NCBI GenBank assembly: GCA_028873575.1
Contig: JAGWHY010000003.1
Location: 15,661-79,660, forward strand
Direction: 5' to 3'
Length of the DNA: 64,000 nt
From: Acidobacteriota bacterium
Lineage (GTDB): Bacteria > Actinomycetota > Acidimicrobiia > Acidimicrobiales > RAAP-2
The notes beneath the pieces are model-generated. The model searched no databases. It had not been told where the DNA came from and worked only from the letters and a program-made list of their open reading frames with translations. A program made the translations under genes and the position numbers. Shown one piece after another: positions 55,111 through 63,531 of the stretch; position 1 is the first letter of the stretch; each line of letters starts with the position of its first letter.

Positions 55111-56348
55111 GGCGCCACCACCGCGACGCGACTAAGGGTGTCCGTGACGTCGGCCTCCACGACCTGGGCGAGGTCGCTCGGCAGTGCCGTCAGCATTTCG
55201 TAAAAGAAACCTTGAATCAAGAGTCGTTCGGCGTCGGCGCGCGACACGCCGCGCGACTCGAGGTACCAGCGTTGCAGCTCGTCAAGGGGCCCCACCGACG
55301 AGGCGTGCGCGCACATGACGTCGTTCTCGCGAATGTCGAGGTTGGGCACGCTGTCGGCGTGCGCGGCCGGCGAGAGCAAAAGATTGTGATTGGTCTGTCG
55401 CGCGTCGGTTCGCTTCGCGCCCTTTTCGATTTCGATCAAGCCGGTGTAGACCGAGCGCGACGAATCCGCGACCGCGCCCTTAGAGAGCAACGTCGAGGTC
55501 GTGCGCGGCGCGAGGTGCAACTGGTGCGTGCGAAAGTCGTGCACCTGGTCGCCCGCGCCGAGAAAGGTGGTGCGCAGTTCGTTCGACGCGTTGGCCCCAC
55601 GCAATTCGGCGTCGTTGCGCGAACGGTCGTAGTGTGACCCGAGTCCGACGACCCCTTGGACCAGTCGCGCGTCACGCGCGAGAAATCCGGTGGTACGCGC
55701 GACGTGCCAGGCGGTGGCGTCGAGGCGCTGGTAGTTCACGAGTTGCAGCGAGGCGTTGTCGTCGAGCTGGTACTCCTCGAGGGGCACCACCAGTCCGTCG
55801 CGCCCGCCTTCGAAGTACTCGATGATCGTAGCTTGCGCGCCGCGACCCAAGATCACATGCGTGCGCGGGAACGACGCGCCCGAGGTCGCCGAGTAGACGA
55901 TGAGAATGGGTGCCGTGACGTGCGCGCCGGGCGCGACGCGTACGACCAGCGTCGACGGCGCGAGCGCGCAGTTCAACAGTGCGAACGAGTCGCGCTCGTA
56001 GTGCTCGAGCAGCGAGCCGCCGGCCAACGAATCGACCGACTCCTCGACACTGACCTCGACGCCGTCAGTGTCGCGTCCGGCGTCGACCAGAAAACCGTCC
56101 ACGACGCGCACCACCCGTCCACTCCCGGCGGCGAGGGCGTCGACCAGTGGCGAGTTCGTGACGCCACCGGGCGCCTGGGCGACCTGGTAGCGCTCGAGGG
56201 CGAAGTTCCCGAGTGGGGCGTAGCGCCACACTTCGTCACTCGTGAGGGGAAGTCCGCTCTCGACGAAGGCCGACCACGCGTCGTGACGAACCACGTTTTT
56301 GGCGTGCTCGAGGAGGAAAGAAGTGGCCGAAGTAGTGAAATTTTCCAT
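55107..56348 (-). CDS. sufD: Fe-S cluster assembly protein SufD
   Basis: 413 aa with a beta-helix-type repeat region, C-terminal NLDIRENDVMCAHASSVGPLDE and YLESRGVS. Confidence 0.85.
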   Translation of the reverse strand: MENFTTSATSFLLEHAKNVVRHDAWSAFVESGLPLTSDEVWRYAPLGNFALERYQVAQAPGGVTNSPLVDALAAGSGRVVRVVDGFLVDAGRDTDGVEVSVEESVDSLAGGSLLEHYERDSFALLNCALAPSTLVVRVAPGAHVTAPILIVYSATSGASFPRTHVILGRGAQATIIEYFEGGRDGLVVPLEEYQLDDNASLQLVNYQRLDATAWHVARTTGFLARDARLVQGVVGLGSHYDRSRNDAELRGANASNELRTTFLGAGDQVHDFRTHQLHLAPRTTSTLLSKGAVADSSRSVYTGLIEIEKGAKRTDARQTNHNLLLSPAAHADSVPNLDIRENDVMCAHASSVGPLDELQRWYLESRGVSRADAERLLIQGFFYEMLTALPSDLAQVVEADVTDTLSRVAVVAP

Positions 56349-56413
56349 AAAAGTAGAACTATGGAAGTGTAATGGGGTCGAGCACCAGTCTCGGCCGACG
56401 AAAAGGAGCTTCC

Positions 56414-57244
56414 GTGACCTTTACCTCCGACGTGCTCAGTCTCGAGATTGATGGACCCGTCGCGACGCTCTGGCTTAACCGCCCCGAGGCGCGCAACGCC
56501 CTGGGTCGCGACTTCTGGCGCGACCTCCCTCGCGCCGCGGCCGTCCTCGAGGAGGACCGCCGGGTACGCGTCGTGGTCCTCGCCGCGCGAGGCCGTGACT
56601 TTACGGTCGGTCTCGATCTCAAAGAGCTCGGCGGCGCGCTCGGTGGTGAGGGGCGCGACGCCCCCTCAAAAGCGTCGGCCAACCACGCGACCTATCGCGC
56701 GGTCCGTGAGATGCAAGACGCGGTCAGTTCACTGTCGAACCTGCGTACGCCGGTACTCGCGGCGGTGCACGGCTACTGCCTCGGGGGCGGCATCGATCTC
56801 GTGACGGCCTGTGACGTGCGCCTCGCGACGACCACGTCCGTTTTCTCGGTGCGCGAGACCAAAGTCGCGATCGTGGCGGACCTCGGAACACTGCAACGCC
56901 TGCCCCGCGTCATCGGCGCGGGGCACGTCGCCGAACTGGCCTACACCGGTAAGGACATCTCGGGCGAACGCGCGGCCGCGATTGGACTCGTGAACCACGC
57001 CGTGGGCGAGACGCCCGAGGAGGTTCTCGAAGCAACCTACGCCCTCGCGCGCGAGATCGCGGCCAACTCGCCTCTCGCTGTGGAGGGCACCAAGGCGGTG
57101 CTGCGGGCGAACGACGGCGCGACGATCGACGAGGGACTCGAGTTCGTCGCGCGCTGGAACACGATGTTCTTAGCGAGCAACGACCTGCGCGAGGCCATGA
57201 CCGCGTTCCTCGAGCGACGCGCGCCGAAATTCACCGGCGACTGA
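56414..57244 (+). CDS. Enoyl-CoA hydratase/isomerase (crotonase) family protein
   Basis: The GTG at 56414 lies after an AAGGAG RBS. ATLWLNRPEARNAL and GYCLGGGIDLVTACDVRLA. Confidence 0.85.
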   Translation: MTFTSDVLSLEIDGPVATLWLNRPEARNALGRDFWRDLPRAAAVLEEDRRVRVVVLAARGRDFTVGLDLKELGGALGGEGRDAPSKASANHATYRAVREMQDAVSSLSNLRTPVLAAVHGYCLGGGIDLVTACDVRLATTTSVFSVRETKVAIVADLGTLQRLPRVIGAGHVAELAYTGKDISGERAAAIGLVNHAVGETPEEVLEATYALAREIAANSPLAVEGTKAVLRANDGATIDEGLEFVARWNTMFLASNDLREAMTAFLERRAPKFTGD

Positions 57245-57245
57245 T

Positions 57246-57584
57246 CTAAACGAGATTCGCGCGCGCCCACGCACCGAGTTGCGCGAGAACGGGTACCAAC
57301 GCCTCGCCCGAAGGTGTCAGTTGGTACGCCACGGTGACCGGGGGGCCGGGTTCCACCTGACGCGAGATAAGCCCCGCGCCCTGGAGCTCGACCAAACGCT
57401 CGGCGAGTACCGAGTCACTGATGCCGACGACGGCGCGACCGAGTTCGGCGAAACCGGCCGCCCCGTCGGCCAAGGTGCCGAGCAAGATGCCGTTCCAGCG
57501 CTTACCGAGCAGACCAAAGGCGTGAACCAAAGCCGCGTCACAGGCCGGCGCGTCGTGGACTTCGGGGTTGACGATCTTTTCCAT
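57246..57584 (-). CDS. HxlR-family transcriptional regulator
   Basis: 112 aa with FGLLGKRWNGILLGTL and a wHTH with LAERLVELQGAGLISR. Confidence 0.8.
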   Translation of the reverse strand: MEKIVNPEVHDAPACDAALVHAFGLLGKRWNGILLGTLADGAAGFAELGRAVVGISDSVLAERLVELQGAGLISRQVEPGPPVTVAYQLTPSGEALVPVLAQLGAWARANLV

Positions 57585-57625
57585 CGCGCACCTTTCTCCC
57601 TTTCATACTAGTAATAACCTGGCTG

Positions 57626-57640
57626 CTTTGTTTTTCAAAG
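57626..57640. promoter_or_regulatory. Inverted repeat CTTTG-N5-CAAAG in the hxlR/azoR divergent region (operator candidate)
   Basis: ctttg-ttttt-caaag sits in the AT-rich 94-bp intergenic region between the divergent HxlR and azoreductase genes. Confidence 0.3.
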
Positions 57641-57678
57641 TAACCCTTATTATGTGAGTGAGCTACTAAAGGAAAACC

Positions 57679-58329
57679 ATGACTCTCTTTCGCCTCGACG
57701 CCAGTATCCGTCACGAAGGATCTTCCAGCCGCGCCCTCGCCGACCTCGTCGAGGCGACCTGGCGCGACGGTCGTCCCGACGCGACGGTAACTCGTCGCCA
57801 CGTCGGTACCGAGCCCCTGCCCGCCGACGCCTGGGCGCTCGCCGTCTCGGCCGGCGCGACGCCCCCCGACCAGCAGAGTTCGGCCCAACGCGCCGCAACG
57901 CAACTCGCCGCGACACTGACCGACGAGCTTCTCGACGCCGAGGCCCTACTCTTCGCGGTGCCGCTGTACAACTTCGGCATCTCCCAGCACTTCAAGACCT
58001 GGGTCGACCTGGTCCTCACCGACGCGCGCTTAAAGGCGGACCCGGTGCCCCTCGCGGGGCGACCGGCGGTGCTCGCGGTCGTACGTGGTGGCGCCTACGG
58101 CGCTGGCACGCCGCGCGAGGGCTGGGACCACGCCACCGGCTGGACGCGGCGAATCCTCGAAGACGTGTGGCACCTCGACCTGCGCGTGGTGGAGTCGGAG
58201 TTCACGTTGGTGGGCGTCAACCCCGCCCTCGACGCCTTTAAGGAGATGGCCGACCGTATGCACGCCGACGCCGACGCGTTAGCGCGCCAACACGGTGACT
58301 TCTTGGCGCGCGCGAGCGTTAACGCGTAG
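57679..58329 (+). CDS. azoR: FMN-dependent NADH-azoreductase / NAD(P)H:quinone oxidoreductase
   Basis: MTLFRLDASIRHEGSSSRAL, then LLFAVPLYNFGISQHFKTWVD. 216 aa. Confidence 0.8.
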   Translation: MTLFRLDASIRHEGSSSRALADLVEATWRDGRPDATVTRRHVGTEPLPADAWALAVSAGATPPDQQSSAQRAATQLAATLTDELLDAEALLFAVPLYNFGISQHFKTWVDLVLTDARLKADPVPLAGRPAVLAVVRGGAYGAGTPREGWDHATGWTRRILEDVWHLDLRVVESEFTLVGVNPALDAFKEMADRMHADADALARQHGDFLARASVNA

Positions 58330-58683
58330 CTAGTCGCGGCGCCAGAACTTCCAGCCTCGACGGCGGCGCTCTTGCTCGTCGAGCTCGCGGCGGCGCTCAC
58401 TGGTGAACTCCGACGCGACGGCGTTGACGATCTCGTCGGCCGAGTCCAGTAAGGCGCGTCGCTCGTCGAGCGACGCGGAGGTGTCGGGTTCGTGCTCGAC
58501 GGGGCGCTCCACCAACGAGCCGTGGGCCCAGCCCACGTCGGCCAGTCGCCGTTCGTAGGTCACGCAGTCGGCGGGACAGCTCCAGGGCTGGTCGGGCGCG
58601 TTGCCCAGCACGCAAAAACGCGCGACCTCACCCGAGGCGTAGGTGCGACTTTGAAAGTGCTTGCACTCTTCGCGCATGGCCAT
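58330..58683 (-). CDS. Hypothetical small 4-Cys protein immediately downstream of sufB
   Basis: 117 aa. Four Cys in the first 40 residues (C7, C24, C36, C40; ...SCPADC...), followed by an acidic/basic helical-looking tail. I recognise no family. Same strand as sufB, 48 bp after its stop. Confidence 0.4.
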   Translation of the reverse strand: MAMREECKHFQSRTYASGEVARFCVLGNAPDQPWSCPADCVTYERRLADVGWAHGSLVERPVEHEPDTSASLDERRALLDSADEIVNAVASEFTSERRRELDEQERRRRGWKFWRRD

Positions 58684-58731
58684 GGTGCCTAGTTTCTCAC
58701 GTCCGCAAGTGACGCGTTCGCCGGCGGCCGC

Positions 58732-60132
58732 TTAGCCGATCGAACCTTCCATCTGAAGTTCAATCAAGCGCGACCACTCGACCGCGTACTCCATAGGCAG
58801 CGTGCGGGTGATGGGCTCGATGAAGCCATTGACGATCATGCCCATGGCCTGGGACTCGGTAAGTCCCCGACTCATGAGGTAGAACAGCTGGTCGTCGCCA
58901 ATCTTTGACACCGTCGCCTCGTGACCGATGGAGGCGTCTTGTTCGCCGATCTCCATGTAGGGCTTGGTCTCGGAGGTCGACATTTCGTCCAAGATCAACG
59001 CGTCACAGCGCACGAAGCTCTTCGCGCCCGTCGCGCCCTCTTCCACCTTCACCAGACCGCGATACGCCGTGAGTCCGCCGTCCTTCGAGATCGACTTCGA
59101 CACGATGGTCGACGTGGTCTCGGGGGCGAAGTGCACCATCTTGGCGCCCGCGTCTTGGACCTGGCCGGGGCCGGCGTAGGCGACCGAGAGCACCTCACCG
59201 GAGGCCTTGGGGCCCATGAGGTAGACCGACGGGTACTTCATCGTCAGGCGCGAACCGATGTTGCCGTCGATCCACTCCACGTGGGCCTCGGCCTCGGCGC
59301 GCGCGCGCTTGGTGACGAGGTTGTAGACGTTGTTCGACCAGTTCTGGATCGTGGTGTAGGTGATGCGCGCGCCGGGCAGGGCCACCAGTTCAACGACCGC
59401 CGAGTGCAACGAGTCGGTGGAGTACACCGGGGCCGAGCAGCCCTCGACGTAGTGCACCTGACTGCCCTCGTCGGCGATGATGAGGGTGCGCTCGAACTGA
59501 CCCATGTTTTCGGTGTTGATACGAAAGTAGGCCTGGAGCGGCTGGTCGACCTTGACCCCCGGCGGCACGTAGATGAACGAGCCGCCACTCCACACCGCGG
59601 AGTTCAGCGCCGCGAACTTGTTGTCGTTGGGCGGGATGATTTTGCCGAAGTACTTACGCACCAAATCGGGGTACTCGCGCACCGCGGTGTCCATGTCGCA
59701 GAACAACACGCCCAAGCGCTCGAGGTCTTCGCGGTTACGGTGAAAGACGACCTCGGATTCGTACTGCGCGGTGACGCCCGCGAGGTACTTACGCTCGGCC
59801 TCGGGGATGCCCAACTTCTCGTAGGTGTTCTTGATCGCGTCGGGCAGATCTTCCCAACTGTGCACTTGGTTCTCGGTGGGCTTGATGTAGTAGTAGATGT
59901 CGTTGAAGTCGAGGTCGGGCATGCGCGTGGCGAACCAGGGCAGCATGGGCTTGGCCTCAAACTTCTTCAGCGCGTTCAAGCGAAAGTCGAGCATCCACTT
60001 CTCTTCGCCCTTCATCGCTGACATCTCACGAACGATGGCCTCGTTGATCCCCTTCTTTGGCTTGAAGACGGGAATCTGTTCGTCGGACCAGCCGAGCTGG
60101 TACCGGCTGAAATCGAGGTTGTCAATCGCCAT
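58732..60132 (-). CDS. sufB: Fe-S cluster assembly scaffold SufB
   Basis: 466 aa with [47 protein letters not shown], and a C-terminal LFYLMSRGL. Confidence 0.95.
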   Translation of the reverse strand: MAIDNLDFSRYQLGWSDEQIPVFKPKKGINEAIVREMSAMKGEEKWMLDFRLNALKKFEAKPMLPWFATRMPDLDFNDIYYYIKPTENQVHSWEDLPDAIKNTYEKLGIPEAERKYLAGVTAQYESEVVFHRNREDLERLGVLFCDMDTAVREYPDLVRKYFGKIIPPNDNKFAALNSAVWSGGSFIYVPPGVKVDQPLQAYFRINTENMGQFERTLIIADEGSQVHYVEGCSAPVYSTDSLHSAVVELVALPGARITYTTIQNWSNNVYNLVTKRARAEAEAHVEWIDGNIGSRLTMKYPSVYLMGPKASGEVLSVAYAGPGQVQDAGAKMVHFAPETTSTIVSKSISKDGGLTAYRGLVKVEEGATGAKSFVRCDALILDEMSTSETKPYMEIGEQDASIGHEATVSKIGDDQLFYLMSRGLTESQAMGMIVNGFIEPITRTLPMEYAVEWSRLIELQMEGSIG

Positions 60133-60142
60133 GGCGCTCCTT

Positions 60143-60153
60143 TGGGATAATCC
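60143..60153. promoter_or_regulatory. Perfect palindrome GGGATAATCCC between the likely sufB promoter and RBS (operator candidate)
   Basis: gggat-a-atccc, extended 13/15 as ttgggataatcccta, lies 11-21 nt upstream of the sufB ATG and directly abuts the AAAGGAG RBS. Confidence 0.35.
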
Positions 60154-60213
60154 CTACGTCCATAGTAGTAACTGCGTGCTCGGCCAAATCGCGGAAACTG
60201 GCAGAGTAGAACG

Positions 60214-62376
60214 GTGCCTACTCCCCCCACCGCTCCGAAACGCCCCTTCTCCATGACCTTTCACGGCGACACGCGCGTCGACCCCTACTACTGGCTGATG
60301 GAACGCGACAGCGACGAGGTGCTCGCACACTTGCGCCACGAAAACGAGTTCGTCGAGGCCGAGCTCGCGCCCCTAAAGCCCCTCACGAACGGCCTCTTCG
60401 AAGAGATTAAAGCTCGCATCGAAGAGACCGACATCTCGGTCCCGGTGCGTCGTGGTGACTGGTGGTACTACGACCGCACCAAAGAGGGGCTCAACTACCC
60501 CATTAGCTGTCGACTGCCCGCGCGCGGAGACGACGAGACGCCACCCGACATCGACCCCTTGACGACGCTCGACGGAGAGCAGATCATCTTGGACGAGAAC
60601 GTCGAAGCCGGCGACCGCGACTTTCTCTCGGTCGGGGTCCTCGCGGTCAGTCCCGACGACGCCTGGGTCGCGGTGGGTACCGACTTCGAGGGCAACGAGC
60701 GTCACCGCGTGACGATTCGTCCCCTCGCCGGTCAGGCGCCCGTGGCGGACGTCCTCGAGGACGTCTACTACGGCTTCGCCTGGGCGAACGACTCGCGCCA
60801 CTTCTTTTACACCCGCGTCGACGACGCCATGCGTCCTTGGCAACTGTGGCGCCACGAACTGGGCACGGACGCCAGTCGTGACGTGTTGGTCTACCAAGAA
60901 GACGACGCGCAGTACAACGTGGGCGTGGGTCGTAGTCGTGACCGCCAGGTCATCGTGCTCGTCGCGAACTCCTCCATGACGACCGAAGTGCGTTTCCTCG
61001 ACGCCAATCACCCAACCGAGGCGTTCGAGCTGCTCGAGGCGCGTCGCCACGGCGTGGAGTACGGCGTGGAGCACTACGTCGACGAGACCGGTCGCGCCTG
61101 GTGGCTCAAGGTCACCAACGAAGACGCGACCGACTTTCGCCTGCTGGCGCGCGCGCGCGACGAGCAGACCTGGCGTGAACTGATCGCCGAGCGACCGGGC
61201 AATCGCCTCGACGGCGTGGACGTCTTCAAGGGTCTGCTCGTGGTGAGCGAGCGCCTGGACGGTTCGGCCGCCGTGCGGCTCATCTCCCTCAGTACGGGCG
61301 ACGATCCCTTTTCCGGCGACCTGCTCGCGCGTTCGCGCGTGCTCACCCACGACGTCACGCCGAGCACCATTCACCTCGACGCCAACGCCAACTTCGTCAC
61401 CACGATGCTGCGCGTGTCGATCACCTCACTGGTCACCCCGCGCCTGGTGGGTGACGTCGAGCTCGCGACCGGTGAGTTGCACGTGCGCAAACAGCAAAAA
61501 GTGAAGGGCGGTTACGACGAGGGCGACTACGTCACGGGACGGCTCTGGGTCGAGGCCAGCGACGGCGTCAAGATTCCCGTCTCGGTCGTCGCGCGCCGCG
61601 ACGTGCTGAACGTGGCCGCGGACGGTTCACTCTCCCCCAAGGCCCCCGCACCCTTTTTGCTCTACGGCTACGGCAGCTACGAGATCTCTATCGATCCGGG
61701 CTTTTCCTCGCTGCGACTCTCGCTGCTCGAACGCGGCGTCATCTTCGCGATCGCCCACGTGCGCGGCGGCGGGGAGATGGGGCGCTCGTGGTACGAGATG
61801 GGGCGCCTCGCCCAAAAACCCACCACCTTCAGCGACTTCGTGAAGGTGGCCCGTCACCTGGTCGACGAGGGCTGGACGACGCCCACGCAACTGGCCGCGC
61901 GCGGCGGCTCGGCCGGCGGCCTCTTGATGGGCGCGGTGATGAATTTGGCGCCCGAACTCTTTCGCTGCGTGGTCGCCGAAGTGCCCTTCGTCGACGCGCT
62001 GACGACCATGCTCGACGCGTCACTCCCGCTCACCGTCGGTGAGTGGGAGGAGTGGGGCAACCCCGAGGCCAGCGCGACCACGTATCGCACGATGAAGAGC
62101 TACGCGCCGTACGACAACGTGCGCGCCACCAACGACGACGGCACGCCGCGCGCCTACCCCCACCTCTACGCCGCCGGCGGACTCAACGACTCGCGCGTCG
62201 GTTTCTGGGAGCCGGCCAAGTGGGTCCTCAAACTGCGTGACGTCAATCCCGAAAACTACGCGCTGCTGAAGACCGAAATGGGCGCCGGACACGGTGGGCC
62301 CTCGGGTCGCTACGACGCGTGGCGCGACGAGGCCCAGATTCTGGCCTGGGTGCTCACCGAAATCGGCGCGGCCTAA
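60214..62376 (+). CDS. ptrB: Oligopeptidase B (protease II, S9A prolyl oligopeptidase family)
   Basis: GTG start. PKRPFSMTFHGDTRVDPYYWL matches the PtrB N-terminus. Beta-propeller region. Catalytic GGSAGGLL, then a C-terminal GAGHGG. Confidence 0.9.
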   Translation: MPTPPTAPKRPFSMTFHGDTRVDPYYWLMERDSDEVLAHLRHENEFVEAELAPLKPLTNGLFEEIKARIEETDISVPVRRGDWWYYDRTKEGLNYPISCRLPARGDDETPPDIDPLTTLDGEQIILDENVEAGDRDFLSVGVLAVSPDDAWVAVGTDFEGNERHRVTIRPLAGQAPVADVLEDVYYGFAWANDSRHFFYTRVDDAMRPWQLWRHELGTDASRDVLVYQEDDAQYNVGVGRSRDRQVIVLVANSSMTTEVRFLDANHPTEAFELLEARRHGVEYGVEHYVDETGRAWWLKVTNEDATDFRLLARARDEQTWRELIAERPGNRLDGVDVFKGLLVVSERLDGSAAVRLISLSTGDDPFSGDLLARSRVLTHDVTPSTIHLDANANFVTTMLRVSITSLVTPRLVGDVELATGELHVRKQQKVKGGYDEGDYVTGRLWVEASDGVKIPVSVVARRDVLNVAADGSLSPKAPAPFLLYGYGSYEISIDPGFSSLRLSLLERGVIFAIAHVRGGGEMGRSWYEMGRLAQKPTTFSDFVKVARHLVDEGWTTPTQLAARGGSAGGLLMGAVMNLAPELFRCVVAEVPFVDALTTMLDASLPLTVGEWEEWGNPEASATTYRTMKSYAPYDNVRATNDDGTPRAYPHLYAAGGLNDSRVGFWEPAKWVLKLRDVNPENYALLKTEMGAGHGGPSGRYDAWRDEAQILAWVLTEIGAA

Positions 62377-62394
62377 ACAAAAACGCGCGCGGCG

Positions 62395-62937
62395 CTACGC
62401 GAAAGAAACGTAGATCGTCGCGGGCGCGCCGAGCGCGTGTGAGGTCGACGTCACGGGCGACGACGTCGTCGTGGTGGAGGTCGACGACGAGCCGGGCGTC
62501 GCGTGATGACGCGTCGCGATGAAAATCGCGGCCACCACGAAGGCGACGACCGCGATCACGGCGACGACCGCACCCAGGGCCCCCATCGACGAGCGATTTG
62601 AAGAACGGTGCAAGAGCCACTCTTGATCGTGGCGCGAGATTGACGGCACGACGTCGTCGCCCGACGACGGCATCGCGTCGCTGAAGACGTAGTGGCGCTG
62701 GGGGTCGAGGCGAGGTGGCGTGGGCGCCGGGCGCACGGTCCCCTGGTCGTGGCCGTCGAGGAGGCGAAAGCCCTTCGAGGGCGTGTAGGGCGACGGCGGC
62801 GGCGTCATAAGTCGACGATCCTGGCTGCGCGCGAGTTCACGAGCCTGATCGCGGCGTAGCTTTCGAAGACGCAACCCCACCATGGCCGCTACCACGAGCA
62901 GCACCACCACGGCCAGCACCTTCAAGGTGAGCACCAT
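62395..62937 (-). CDS. Hypothetical membrane protein (two TM segments, Pro-rich linker, Ser/Thr-rich C-tail)
   Basis: N-terminal TM segment (LAVVVLLVVAAMVGL) and a second TM segment (GAVVAVIAVVAFVVAAIFI). No recognisable domain. Confidence 0.4.
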   Translation of the reverse strand: MVLTLKVLAVVVLLVVAAMVGLRLRKLRRDQARELARSQDRRLMTPPPSPYTPSKGFRLLDGHDQGTVRPAPTPPRLDPQRHYVFSDAMPSSGDDVVPSISRHDQEWLLHRSSNRSSMGALGAVVAVIAVVAFVVAAIFIATRHHATPGSSSTSTTTTSSPVTSTSHALGAPATIYVSFA

Positions 62938-63008
62938 TAGCGTTGCGGCCCTGGTAGCGCGTGTCGCGTGGTGGTCGTCACGTTCCTACCGTAGTGAACG
63001 GCTTCGCC

Positions 63009-63482
63009 CTAGGCGAGTACGCCAAAGCCCCCGCGGTAGTAGATAAGCGGTACGCCGTCGTGGGCCCGCGCCTCGTCGACGGCCACCACGGCCACGTCGT
63101 GGTCGCCGTAGGTGGCGACCACCTCGATACGACCCTCCAGCGTGGCGAGCACGCCGTCGAGGAGCGGCGCGCCGTTACTTCCCGTAAACCACGTCACGTC
63201 GGCGAACTTGTCGACGCCGCTCGTCGCGAAGGCGCGCGCGATCGACTCCTGGTCGTCGCGCAGCACGTTGACGCCAATAACTCCGACGTCACGGATTTTC
63301 GGCCACGAATTCGAGCGCGACGTCGCCGCGAAGGAGACCAGCATTGGCTCCAGCGAGAGTGACCCGAAGGTCTGACAGGTAAAGCCCGCCGGTCCGTCGG
63401 GCGTCGCGGCCGTGATGACGACGACGCCCGTCGGGTAACGACCGAGAACCTCTTTGAAGTGCGCGACGCTGACCGAGGACAC
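63009..63482 (-). CDS. Flavin reductase (FMN-binding split-barrel) family protein
   Basis: FKEVLGRYPTGVVVITA...GFTCQTFGSLSLEPMLVSF, a typical flavin reductase-like domain. 157 aa. Confidence 0.8.
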   Translation of the reverse strand: MSSVSVAHFKEVLGRYPTGVVVITAATPDGPAGFTCQTFGSLSLEPMLVSFAATSRSNSWPKIRDVGVIGVNVLRDDQESIARAFATSGVDKFADVTWFTGSNGAPLLDGVLATLEGRIEVVATYGDHDVAVVAVDEARAHDGVPLIYYRGGFGVLA

Positions 63483-63531
63483 CCGAGGGAGCCTAATGGT
63501 GGTCGGTAGTCGCGCGACCTAACGTGGCCCC

